Shown here one piece after another: positions 1-10,023 of a stretch of DNA of 64,000 nucleotides (position 1 is the first letter of the stretch; each line of letters starts with the position of its first letter). Source of the stretch: Candidatus Latescibacterota bacterium. GTDB taxonomy: Bacteria > Latescibacterota > UBA2968. The notes under the pieces were generated by a model, which saw only the letters and a list, made by a program, of their open reading frames with translations, was not told the origin of the DNA and made no database searches. Location of the stretch: contig OZ240241.1 in the NCBI GenBank assembly GCA_965198115.1, forward strand, positions 6,592,001 to 6,656,000, written 5' to 3'. A program made the translations under genes and the position numbers.

Positions 1-1
1 T

Positions 2-454
2 CCTGAACGTTCGTCGGATTTCGTATTTCTCGACGACGGAATCAGCGCGCTTTACGCATCCGACTTCCGCTTCTCCAGACTGGTTGGCGGCTTCGCGACC
101 CTGGCGAACATCATAGCCTGCCTCGGCCTCGTTGGTCTCGTCGCCTTCGCCGTCGAACAGCGCGTCAAAGAAGTCGGCATCCGTCGCGTTCTCGGAGCGT
201 CCTCCCACAACATCGTTCGCCTCTTCACCGACGACTTCGCCCGCCTCATCGTCGTCGCAAACGTCATCGCCTGGCCGCTTGGTTATCATGTCATGAACCG
301 CTGGCTCGAACGCTTCGCCTACCGCATCGAGCTCGACTGGACCCTCTTTGCCCTCAGCGGCGTCATCGTCCTCGCTGTTGCCGTCATCACCATGCTCTAC
401 GGCGGGCTGCGCGCGGCTCAGACGCAGCCCACCGTGGCCCTTCGGAACGAATAG
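2..454 (+). CDS. MacB/FtsX-like ABC transporter permease, C-terminal part (runs in from the window edge)
   Basis: Frame 2 reads ...IIACLGLVGLVAFAVEQRVKEVGIRRVLGAS...ALRNE, stop TAG at 452-454; typical FtsX C-terminal motif. Not in the ORF track because there is no start codon. Confidence 0.9.
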   Translation, partial: PERSSDFVFLDDGISALYASDFRFSRLVGGFATLANIIACLGLVGLVAFAVEQRVKEVGIRRVLGASSHNIVRLFTDDFARLIVVANVIAWPLGYHVMNRWLERFAYRIELDWTLFALSGVIVLAVAVITMLYGGLRAAQTQPTVALRNE

Positions 455-473
455 CCGAAGTTACAATCTCCCA

Positions 474-992
474 ATGCTCCGCAATCAACTCCTCGTCGCT
501 ATCCGATACCTGCTCAGTCACAAGGTCTACTCAGCCATCAACATCTTCGGCCTTGCCGTGGGACTGGTGGCCAGCACCGTCATCTTCTCCTGGATCCGCC
601 ACGAGCTAAGCTACGACCAGCATCACAAGAAGCTCGATCGCATCTATCGCGTCATCCGAGCCGATCGATCCGAGACCGGCCACGTGATCTTCGGCACCGG
701 CGACGTCGGACGGCGTATCCGTCGCGCCCTCGGGGCCTCGACACGCAACATCCTCCGTCTGTTCACAACCAAGTTCGTGGCTCTCATCGTCGTCGCGAAC
801 CTGATCGCGTGGCCGGCGGCGTGGATCGTCATGAACGCCTGGCTCGACCGCTTCGCCTATCACATAGATCTCGGCCCGGCGACATTCGCAGTCGCTGGGC
901 TCACCGTCCTCATCATCGCATCGATTACCATGGGCATCCAGGCGTTCCGCGCTGCGATGGCACGACCTGTCGAGGCGTTGCGACAGGCGTAG
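474..992 (+). pseudogene. Internally deleted MacB-like ABC permease (N-terminus fused in frame to C-terminus, 172 aa)
   Basis: MLRNQLLVAIRYLL..SAINIFGLAVG..ELSYD..DRIYRV joins directly to IRRALGAS..WLDRFAYHIDL..PVEALRQA; the full-length paralog at 42723-45084 is about 790 aa. Confidence 0.8.
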
Positions 993-1316
993 GCCTCTCC
1001 AGGACGGCCGGGGCTGGTGGAACATTCCCACGGCCGGACAATACTTCTCCTTCTTCGACTCCTGCTGCTTTCCTATCGACCTTGTCTGCCACACAGACTC
1101 GATCGCCCAGACCCTGAGCAGGCCGGACGATTGAACCGTCGTCCGGCCTACTCTCATGTTGGTGTATGATCACAGTTTAGGAGGTGTCACGTTTGGATTC
1201 AACCACGTGCCCAGAACCGTCCTCGGCGGCTTGCCGTCGTGTGATCTATATCACAACTACATACATAAACAACGATTTATAACAAAAACTTGAAACTATG
1301 GTACGTAACGTGCGTA

Positions 1317-1355
1317 GAAGAAGAGCGACGCCGGATGGACCGGTCGCTCTTCTTC
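1317..1355 (+). promoter_or_regulatory. Strong hairpin just upstream of the RBS of the first paralog
   Basis: gaagaagagcgac (1317-1329) and gtcgctcttcttc (1343-1355) form a perfect 13-bp inverted repeat. Confidence 0.6.
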
Positions 1356-1369
1356 GAAAGGACAGGAAA

Positions 1370-1762
1370 GTGAGCACCCTCGCCTACGACCCCACCATCA
1401 TTCGCCCGCCCTTCGTTCTCGACTTTACCGACTCCGGGCGACTCGTTTTCGAGTTCCCAACCCAACATCCGATGAGTCAGCACGGTTCGGTCAATACGAG
1501 CTTGTCCGGAGGCGCCTACACGGTGACTTTTCCGGCTTCTACAGTCGTCACGATTCCCTCAGGGAATATCCAACCCACGGTCAATGGTGAGGAGATCGAC
1601 CTCGATCCGTCCTGCGGTCTGATCATCAATCTCCTCCGAGGGGGAACGATCACCACCCCGAGTGGGCAGACGGACGGAGTCCTTCTCCACCCGAAGGAAA
1701 TCCAGGTCGACGGATTCGCCGCCAGCGTGACGGCTGCGTCTTGTGCGGAGTTCGCTCTGTAG
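1370..1762 (+). CDS. Hypothetical beta-rich protein, paralog A
   Basis: GTG after aaaggacagg; aligns without gaps to the 2135-2539 protein (RPPxVLDFTxSGRxxxEFPTQHP). Confidence 0.7.
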   Translation: MSTLAYDPTIIRPPFVLDFTDSGRLVFEFPTQHPMSQHGSVNTSLSGGAYTVTFPASTVVTIPSGNIQPTVNGEEIDLDPSCGLIINLLRGGTITTPSGQTDGVLLHPKEIQVDGFAASVTAASCAEFAL

Positions 1763-2134
1763 CATTTGCACCGAATCGTCTGCGGAATAAGACCCCACCT
1801 GAGTTTCGCGGGTTCCTATCACGACACTCCGATCTTCGATCACATCACCGGCCAAGCAGAAGGAAGTCCACTCTGGCTGTTTATCCCATCAGCTCGCATC
1901 CTCACAACGGGTAGCCCCGCAGAGACCCCTACTTCGCACACAGCCCTCCACGATTCGCGCAACCTTACGCAAGATCACGCACGCCTTCTTGATTGCGTAA
2001 CTTGACCACCCACCAGGATAACATTGTCATAACAAGTTAAAAAACAGCCCTTTATAAATTTCACATCTCGATTGGTACGGTCTGTGCAAATGTCACACGC
2101 ATTGCTGACTGACATCCAATTGAAAGGGCTGCCC

Positions 2135-2539
2135 GTGGACGCCTTAGATCTCACAACTTCGATCGTAAGACCGCCCATCGTCCTCGACTTTACCGAGTCG
2201 GGACGAATCATCCTCGAGTTTCCCACCCAGCATCCGATCAGCAACCACGACTCGATCTGCACCGCGCTATCCGCCGGAACCTACACAATCACTTTCCCGG
2301 CGGCGTCGGTTCTGACTATTCCGTCGGGGAATGTCGAACCCACAGTCAACGGCTTTACGCCCCAGCTCAATCCATTCTCCGGTGTCATCATCCATCTACC
2401 CCAGGGTGGCTCCGTCAGCACTCCGAGCAGCCAAAACAGCGGGCCGATCTCCCAGCTGAGACCCATCCACATTCTCGGCCCTGCCGCCAAAGTCACTGCT
2501 TCAACATCGTCCGCAATACTGAATGGAACCCAATCCTAA
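2135..2539 (+). CDS. Hypothetical beta-rich protein, paralog B
   Basis: GTG after gaaaggg; amino-acid conservation with paralog A despite divergent codons supports coding status. Confidence 0.7.
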   Translation: MDALDLTTSIVRPPIVLDFTESGRIILEFPTQHPISNHDSICTALSAGTYTITFPAASVLTIPSGNVEPTVNGFTPQLNPFSGVIIHLPQGGSVSTPSSQNSGPISQLRPIHILGPAAKVTASTSSAILNGTQS

Positions 2540-3401
2540 CCCACAGAGAACGGTCGTGCGATTGGGTTGGGTCTGTTCTCTCACCGTCGCGTTGACTGCT
2601 TCACCGGCCAAGGCCGACACCAAAGATGGTCTCACACGACTCTCTTTCGATCACGGCATCGGTGACACGATCGAAGCCGTCGAGTGCAGGCAATACGGAA
2701 TCTTGACCGACGTGGACGGCCTGGTCTGGACCGCCTTTTACAGACGTGACGACGGTCAGATTTTCCAGGAAATAGCGACAGTAGGTGGAGATGGTCGTGA
2801 GCACCGGGAGTTGCACGGTGTCTCGCCAACAGGACTCGTTCTGCTCGAGAACGATTTGAATCGCCGACACGACCCCGAATCTGCACGCGTCAGAGTGCGA
2901 CAGGGCAGGCGATACAAGGAACCGGCTTCTCAATGTGGAAAGATCGAATTGACAGTCGCGACGGGCTATTTCTGGTTGGGAACGAAGGTGGCTGGCCGGC
3001 CAAATCAGGGAGGTCCAACCTGGAGCGGGTCGGTGGAGTACTACCTGTCCAGATCACATCAGGTCGGTCTGCGATACACCCACGCGACATTCGATCGACG
3101 CACGTTCAAATCGTGTGCGGTCAGCCTGACCCATCAATTTGGCAATAGGTGGGTCGCGCCGTATGTCGGTGCGGGGGTAGGCGTGCAATCGGCAGGAGCA
3201 GTCGTACACCGGGCCAAACCCATGCTCGTCTGGGCCCTGGGCATTCGGACACGTGTAATAGTCTCCTGGTTCGTGGAACTAAGACCGTTGGGCGTCTTGG
3301 ACAGCGACGTAGACGATCGATCGTCCCTGACAAGCTGGGGTCAGATCTCGACCGGCTTGGGCCTGAGGTTGGGCAGGACGAGGAAGGAAACGTCCCGGTG
3401 A
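2523..3401 (+). CDS. Exported protein with putative C-terminal outer-membrane beta-barrel
   Basis: Signal-like segment ending PAKA; alternating strands PYVGAGVGV, WALGIR, WFVELR, ISTGLGLRL. Confidence 0.6.
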   Translation: MEPNPNPQRTVVRLGWVCSLTVALTASPAKADTKDGLTRLSFDHGIGDTIEAVECRQYGILTDVDGLVWTAFYRRDDGQIFQEIATVGGDGREHRELHGVSPTGLVLLENDLNRRHDPESARVRVRQGRRYKEPASQCGKIELTVATGYFWLGTKVAGRPNQGGPTWSGSVEYYLSRSHQVGLRYTHATFDRRTFKSCAVSLTHQFGNRWVAPYVGAGVGVQSAGAVVHRAKPMLVWALGIRTRVIVSWFVELRPLGVLDSDVDDRSSLTSWGQISTGLGLRLGRTRKETSR

Positions 3402-3934
3402 CCAAACGCACGTTTCTGCCGGTTGGCACCTGGGCACGAATGGGGCTATTCCTGCTCGCACTCTCAGGCATCCGATGTGATCCGGGTGGAGAACCGCTCG
3501 CCTCATCTCGGGCTCTCGTCCGGTATCTCAATACGAACGTTGCGTTGACTGATGTTGACTACACATTTACCCCCAGGCCAAATACTTTGAATCAGGGCCC
3601 CTCGCTTTCTACCCGCATTAAAAACACCGGTGACGTTGATGTTCCACGTGCGGTGGAGCGCACCACCTTCTACCTGAACGTCGATCTTCTCGACCAGGGC
3701 GGACGTATCTTAAGCGTCTGCCGCGCGCAAGTCCCCAGCATCCTCCACGGCCAAACAATCTGGATCATCACCCAGTGCCAGCGATCGACAAACGCCCCTA
3801 CCAGCTATGATCCAGCGAATCTCGAAGCTATCAAAAGTTGGAAACACACCTTCTCATCGCACACAAGCTCGTCGGGTTCAGGATGCTACTACGCCGTAAC
3901 TTCTCACGTTGACGAGGAACTGGACCCCCTCTGA
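3398..3934 (+). CDS. Putative lipoprotein with Ig/CARDB-like domain
   Basis: GTGA overlap with upstream stop; hydrophobic LFLLALSGIRC segment; IKNTGDVDV motif. Confidence 0.5.
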   Translation: MTKRTFLPVGTWARMGLFLLALSGIRCDPGGEPLASSRALVRYLNTNVALTDVDYTFTPRPNTLNQGPSLSTRIKNTGDVDVPRAVERTTFYLNVDLLDQGGRILSVCRAQVPSILHGQTIWIITQCQRSTNAPTSYDPANLEAIKSWKHTFSSHTSSSGSGCYYAVTSHVDEELDPL

Positions 3935-4103
3935 CCCTTTCTTGAACCGAATACCGAAGTTCACAGGCAGCTTTGTTCTATTTCAATGCTGGTTTAGGCC
4001 GGCGTTCACAGGCACTGTGGCGAAGGGCCTTTCGTCCTCTGCCATCTGCCGTAGGGCGAAGTTCTCTCCGCCGACCGCCCACAGCAACCGCCGACGGAGT
4101 CCG

Positions 4104-5264
4104 CTACAAGTAGGGCACCGGCTTCGGATCCAACCATCGAACCAGCCGTTCTTTGATCGCCCACGCAAAGAAGAAATTCCCTCGCGGCGTGTGGTGGCCG
4201 ATGTAGAACGGCTTCAAGTATTCGTCCACCTCCAGGCGATGACGCGAATAGTCCTCACGAAACGCGTCTCGTAGATCGATCCAGTCCACGTCGGCCGTGG
4301 CAAGCCAGTCGAGAAACGTTTGGTCGAACAGCGGCTTTCCTTCCAGCGCATCTCTCACACTGCGACTGCTGAACGACAGCAGCACCAAGAGCTTCTTTCC
4401 ATTCGAATCGCAAAACGTCTTTGCTTTCTCGATCACGTGGCGTGTGGCGAGCAGGGCCGCTTCCGTCTGCGCCTGATACACGACCGCATCGGAACTCGCG
4501 TTCGCCAGCGCATCCGCCCCGAAGGCTTTGGCCGCTGTCCGGACGTCGCCCTTGCCCTCTCGAGCCATCACCGCGTGTAGCATCGGATCCTCCCGGAACG
4601 TCTCCCATACCCACGTCTCGTCGCACAGACGATACAGATCCTCCGGCATCGAACACAGGTTTTCCCGCTCCTCACACGTTCCCGAATCGAGGTTGACACG
4701 CAGATGGGGTAATGTGAACCGTCCCTGCCCCCCCGAGCGAATCGACCGCCACGCGTCGAGGTTCCTGAAGTGATCGTCATCCCACACATTCAGGATGACA
4801 TACTCGGCCGGATGCGTCGCCTCCGTCACCAGCATCCGCCGATACGCCTGGTAAACGCTATAGCCCCCAATGCCGTAGTTTCGAATCGGCTCCTGCAGGT
4901 GGGCCGCCAAATATTCCTGCCACGTCTCCCCATCGCTCACCTGATCGCAATGTGTGAAGCTGTTTCCATAGGTATGTATTCGACAATCCCTATCCAGAAA
5001 GTTCACCACACGACGAGCTCCATCCTCGGGATCGTAGGCATAAAATCCTTTGGACCCATCCACGCTCCCTCCGTGAAACCCGTCGCACAGGACCCAACCC
5101 AACTCTGCATCAAACGTCGATTTGGCATTGTTGCACATAATGCCGCCCAGATCCCTTGGGACATCGAGCGTCGCATCGTGCCGCATCGCGAAATGGTCCA
5201 CCATCTCCCGCGTCGGCATGATGGATCGAAGGTAATCTCTCGCTTCTTCACTCATATCTGCCAT
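4104..5264 (-). CDS. SGNH-hydrolase-like protein
   Basis: YGNSFTHC, NYGIGGYSVYQAY and GHHTPRGN blocks. Confidence 0.7.
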   Translation of the reverse strand: MADMSEEARDYLRSIMPTREMVDHFAMRHDATLDVPRDLGGIMCNNAKSTFDAELGWVLCDGFHGGSVDGSKGFYAYDPEDGARRVVNFLDRDCRIHTYGNSFTHCDQVSDGETWQEYLAAHLQEPIRNYGIGGYSVYQAYRRMLVTEATHPAEYVILNVWDDDHFRNLDAWRSIRSGGQGRFTLPHLRVNLDSGTCEERENLCSMPEDLYRLCDETWVWETFREDPMLHAVMAREGKGDVRTAAKAFGADALANASSDAVVYQAQTEAALLATRHVIEKAKTFCDSNGKKLLVLLSFSSRSVRDALEGKPLFDQTFLDWLATADVDWIDLRDAFREDYSRHRLEVDEYLKPFYIGHHTPRGNFFFAWAIKERLVRWLDPKPVPYL

Positions 5265-5458
5265 CCAGTCCTTCGCCGCCAGAGGCGACTCCTACCCAAC
5301 CTTTTGCCGATGTTATGGACACGCCTGTTACGGATTCCTGGTCGGAGACCATTCCCACCGAACCAATCGCGCGAAGCTATCGCCACGCCTGCTCGCCAAC
5401 TCACCTGCTCGTCCGAAACAGGTCTGTCTTCCCCTGCCCCCTTCTCCCTGCCCTCCTG

Positions 5459-7449
5459 CTAGAAGTTGTGAAACCCGTGCCCCTCGCCCGGGAACCAGAA
5501 AATGTCGATCACCTGCGCGATTCCGATCCCGACGCAGTAGCCCACAACGGTGCCGATGAAAAACGGTTTCGCCTTTTGGTAGAGCCGGGGACCGCCTGCT
5601 CTCAGAATCACCAGTTTGGCGGCCCAGACCATCAAGATGCTCAGCGCATAGTAGCGCGGCCCCGTTGTATACTGAAAGGCCAAGCCGAGCGGATGCAGGG
5701 GCCACCACGACAAACGGGCCCGTAGGGTCGCCAACACGATCGCTTCCGTACCACCCAGAACCCAGACACCCATCTTCTGAATGTCGAAGATCGTCTTTTC
5801 AGACTCGGCCATCGCGGTCGCGATCCCTCCGAAAATCCCGAGGGGTCCTTCCCACAGGGTCCACGATCGCAGATGAAGCGCCGACTCCTGGTAGCAGTAA
5901 TAAATGATCGTCATCGCGCTGGCCACGAACGCCAACGTGAACGACCCGAAGATCACCGTCGCCACGTGTCTGCGCCCGTCCGGAGCCACATCGTCCATCA
6001 CTCTCAGATGGTGCGGAATCACCTGTAGGGTCTGTAGCCGCCCGCCGCCGAATACCGCGTTCGAATTCACCAATTGAAGCGCTGTCAGTTCCGATGTGGA
6101 CATCCCGGCTGTGCCCACCACGATTTTAAGAAAGTTGCCTCCCTTCACCCAGACCGGGTACAGGTAACCGAAACCGCTGGCTGCCATGAACTTCACCGTC
6201 GTGAAGTAGGCGATGAACATCAGAGTCATCTGTCCGATCGCGAGACCGAACGACATGCCAACGCCCATCAGAAACGCACAAACGTAGACACTGCACGCCA
6301 GAAGTCCCACGATCGCCGCCCGGTAACCGATCGGCCCATCCCCTCGCTCCCCGGAGCGGGCGCAGTGCCAGACATAGCGCAGATGCCGTCTTGCGATCCA
6401 GAGGGACCAGATCACCAGCACCGTCATCGCCCCGTGACTCTCGAGCGAAACGATCTCCGCTGCTTTCGACGGTTGCCCCTCGAGTCCAATCGTCACGCCC
6501 AGCCGATCGATCGTTCCCACCTTCAGGATGGCTAACACGCCGAAGAACCAGAACGTGAACAGGAGGTCGAGACTGCACAGATATCCCAGACCGATGACCA
6601 GAGGCAGGACACGTGCGTAAAACGGGGGAAAGTTCCTCGCGAATTCAACCGCTTTGACGCCGATGGGATCGAACAGCGTGATGCGGGGGACGTTCGGATA
6701 CCAGAAGCTGATCACATTCCACAGGATGATCCCAGCAGTCCACGCGAACCCCCACCAAAAAACGGGAGTACGAAGGATCGTCGGCAGACGCCTTCCCTCG
6801 TCGAATCCCTCCACCATATCGACCGGAAACTCGACGAGCGGATAGGTCAACCGTTCTGCATCCGCCCATTGCCGATGGAAGATGCACGATACGCAGAAGC
6901 CGGCGCCCACGAGCGCAATGGGACACGAAAACCACCACCACAGGGGTATCATCCACGCCGACCAGGGCACTATCTGGCCTTTGTCGAGCCCGTAGTAGAA
7001 GCTGTCCATCACGTGCGGTACAGGATCGGGAAACCCCCACGTAGGCAGGTAATCGAAGAACAGCTCCGCCCACCGGTTCTCGGGCGTGGCGAAAAAGTGA
7101 GGCGCCGGCAGGATCCCATGAGATACCCCATCCATCCCACCGCCGGCATCATACTCGCGATCCACGCCGTCGCGAAGATGACAAGCATCTCCGTCCTCGT
7201 GAACATCCATCGTCTGTTGACGACCCCGAGGAGGGCATTGATCGCCACCCAGATGCAGAAATACAGGATGAGTGCCACGGGGTAGCTCGACTTCACCATC
7301 GAGCTCGCGTGCAGAACGACCGACTGCAGGTTCCCCGCATAGGCGACTACGGCCGCCGTAGCCAGCCCCCACACGACGGACCGGGGCGTCACACCCCCTC
7401 TCGCCTGCGCCTTTCCGAACCGTGTGTCAATCTGCTCAGCGACTGCCAT
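5459..7449 (-). CDS. Polytopic membrane protein (DUF6785/DUF6784, peptide-transporter-like), one frameshift near 7115
   Basis: ORFs 7009-7485 and 5459-7372 join as WMGYLMG/ILPAPHFFATPENRW; motifs QWADAERLTYPL and WWPLHPLG. Confidence 0.8.
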
Positions 7450-7540
7450 GGATAGTCCGTTCCTCGGTACCCTGTCTGGATTCAACCATCTGCGTCTGCT
7501 CGCAGCCTGCTTGCAATACCCCAGGACAACCAGTCATCAG

Positions 7541-7583
7541 GAAAACAAACGGCCGCCGTGTACCCACGACGGACCGTGTTGTT
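7541..7583 (-). terminator. Probable intrinsic terminator
   Basis: Minus strand acggtccgtcgtg..cacggcggccgt followed by ttgtttt. Confidence 0.5.
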
Positions 7584-7672
7584 CGACTACGATTGTCCCA
7601 AGCCAGAGGCCACGAAGTCCATTGACACACCCGCTCGCTCCTCGCCCGCTCTCCCGCTCGGTCCTGTTCGAC

Positions 7673-9060
7673 GGTGTTGTGCCTATCGTAGTTGAAACTT
7701 AGAGGGCTCCAAACTTACGTTGGGTAGACGTGTAGGAGCGTATACCCGTAAGAAAGGAGCCCAGATGGAGAAGCTATTTGTAGGCGATGGTGAAGTCAAG
7801 GTTGAGGGCGATGTCATCGATTTGGAGACGCGTTTGTCGGTGATCCAGGCGTTGATCCCGTTGGGTCTGGAGGCAGTGGCAGACCTCCTCCAGCAGGAGG
7901 TCGAGCAGCTCGCAGGCGTTCGGTATGCGCGCAAAGGTTCGGAGCAGACGCATCGTCGGTGGGGAAGCCAGAAGGGATCCGTGTATCTGATGGACCAGAA
8001 GCTCCCGTTAGACGTTCCCCGGGTGCGCGACGTCGAGGCCGACGCAGAGGTTTCCCTGGCTGCATACCGGGCTCTACAGACGCCCAAGAAGACGGACGAG
8101 GGGCTGTTGCTTCGTGTTCTCAAGGGGATCTCGTGCCGCAACTACAAGGCCTGTGCCGAATCGGTTCCAGAAGCGTTTGGTATCTCAGCGTCCTCCGTCT
8201 CGCGGCGGTTCATCAAAGCCACCGCGAAGAAGCTGAAGCAGTTCCAGGAGCGTCCCCTCGACGACTACGGCTTCGTGACCCTGTTCATTGACGGAAAGAG
8301 CTTTGCCGACGAAGAGATCGTGATCGCTCTGGGGGTCACGATGGACGGCCAGAAGATCCCCCTGGGCTTCGTCGAATCGGCGACGGAGAACGAACGGATC
8401 TGCCGCCAGCTGATCCAGGACCTCATCCGGAGAGGCCTGTGCTACGACCAGGGCCTTCTCGTTGTGCTTGACGGCTCAAAGGGACTCCGCAGTGCTGTCA
8501 CCAAAGCCCTCAAAGGGTATGTGCGCGTGCATCGCTGTCAGTGGCACAAGCGCGAGAATGTCGTCAGCTATCTCCCGGAGAGGGAACGTCCAAGAGTTCG
8601 ACGGAAGCTCCAGAAAGCCTATGACTGCGACACCTACGAGGAGGCAAAGGCCGCACTCGAATCACTTAAACCCGAACTGAAGCTGATGAATCAGTCTGCC
8701 GTAACGAGCCTCGAGGAAGGCCTGGAGGAAACCCTGACCCTCCACCGGCTGGGTATGCTCCCATTCCTGAAACGAAGCTTCCGAACCACCAACTGCATCG
8801 AAGCCCTCAACAGCAGGACCGGCGAGCTCACTCGGAAGGTCAGACGCTGGAACAACTCTCCCCAGAGACACAGATGGGTGGCTGCCGCACTCCTCGACAT
8901 CGAACCTCGCCTGCGACGCGTGAGCGGATACAAACATCTTCCCCTACTCAGGCAAGCACTGAACAAAGATCTGAATCTCGACAACGAACAGAATGCTCAA
9001 AAGAGAGCCTGACCAAACTACGGGGCCCGATGAGTTTTCAACTGACTATGGGACTTGACC
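7673..9060 (+). mobile_element. Complete IS256-family element with 9-bp target duplication
   Basis: Imperfect IRs ggtgttgtgcctatcgtagttgaaa and (revcomp) ggtcaagtcccatagtcagttgaaa; direct repeat ctgttcgac at 7664-7672 and 9061-9069. Confidence 0.93.
7765..9012 (+). CDS. IS256-family (mutator-type) DDE transposase
   Basis: LFIDG, VLDGSKGL, RCQWHKRENV, TTNCIEALN; aaggag RBS before ATG. Confidence 0.93.
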   Translation: MEKLFVGDGEVKVEGDVIDLETRLSVIQALIPLGLEAVADLLQQEVEQLAGVRYARKGSEQTHRRWGSQKGSVYLMDQKLPLDVPRVRDVEADAEVSLAAYRALQTPKKTDEGLLLRVLKGISCRNYKACAESVPEAFGISASSVSRRFIKATAKKLKQFQERPLDDYGFVTLFIDGKSFADEEIVIALGVTMDGQKIPLGFVESATENERICRQLIQDLIRRGLCYDQGLLVVLDGSKGLRSAVTKALKGYVRVHRCQWHKRENVVSYLPERERPRVRRKLQKAYDCDTYEEAKAALESLKPELKLMNQSAVTSLEEGLEETLTLHRLGMLPFLKRSFRTTNCIEALNSRTGELTRKVRRWNNSPQRHRWVAAALLDIEPRLRRVSGYKHLPLLRQALNKDLNLDNEQNAQKRA

Positions 9061-9094
9061 CTGTTCGACTCTGCCCCCTATAGTTCCTCCGCAG

Positions 9095-9925
9095 TCAATT
9101 TCCGGGCATGAATCTCCTTAAATACTCGACCGCCTTCGGCACCGCCGTCTCCTCTTCCTCCTCATCCTGACCTTCATACACGATCGACACCCAGCCGTTG
9201 TAGTTCACGCCGTTCAGGATCTTGAAAATCCGCGGATAGTCCAGCCAGGCTTCCTCGCCCGTCGATATCCGGTAAACCTTCGCACGAACGTGGACGGCGA
9301 ACGGGGCTGTTTCTTCGATACTCCCGTAGAAATTCAGGGCCGGATCTTCCCGACCGCGTTGCCCGCTCGCACCGGGCGATCCGACGTACTGACCGGTGTC
9401 CAAAATGTGCGACAAATACGGATTGTTCACGCCTTCCAGAATCCGTTTCACTTCCTTCCCCGTACGCGTCACACATCCATGGTTGTGGTTGTGCAAACCC
9501 AGAACGACGCCCTTCTCCTGACCGTAGGAAGCCACCTCATCCATACACGGCATCATCCGTTCCCACACCTGTTCCTCCGACTCACCTTCGTGAATCCACG
9601 CCGCGAAGATTCGGACCAGGGGGATCCCCAAAAACTCGGCCACGTCGACCCAGTGCTTGACGTCCGCCACGACTGCGGGCAATTCGTCCTTCGGTTTACC
9701 GAAATCATTGCTCACACCGATATACGACATCGCCAGTCCGCGCTTCAGACACCGCATCCGGATGTCACGCAAATAGGCAGGCTCTGTCGATGCGAACGCA
9801 CGCGTATGAATATCGATCCCGTCCAATCTCAGTTCATAGGCCCGATCGACGAACCCCTCCAGATCGATCTTCCCGTCCCTGAATTGATGACTGTAACTCA
9901 ACGACATACAGCCGAGCTTCATCAT
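9095..9925 (-). CDS. Sugar phosphate isomerase/epimerase (xylose isomerase-like TIM barrel)
   Basis: LGLHNHNH, ILDTGQ, HVRAK, VSIVYEG. Confidence 0.85.
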   Translation of the reverse strand: MMKLGCMSLSYSHQFRDGKIDLEGFVDRAYELRLDGIDIHTRAFASTEPAYLRDIRMRCLKRGLAMSYIGVSNDFGKPKDELPAVVADVKHWVDVAEFLGIPLVRIFAAWIHEGESEEQVWERMMPCMDEVASYGQEKGVVLGLHNHNHGCVTRTGKEVKRILEGVNNPYLSHILDTGQYVGSPGASGQRGREDPALNFYGSIEETAPFAVHVRAKVYRISTGEEAWLDYPRIFKILNGVNYNGWVSIVYEGQDEEEEETAVPKAVEYLRRFMPGN

Positions 9926-10023
9926 GACATATCCCTCCCTAGGGTAAGATCCACCGGATCAGAGGTTGCCTCGATGTATGATCCGGCAAGAACTCCATTG
10001 GCATACCCTCCGGTTCTCAGTGG

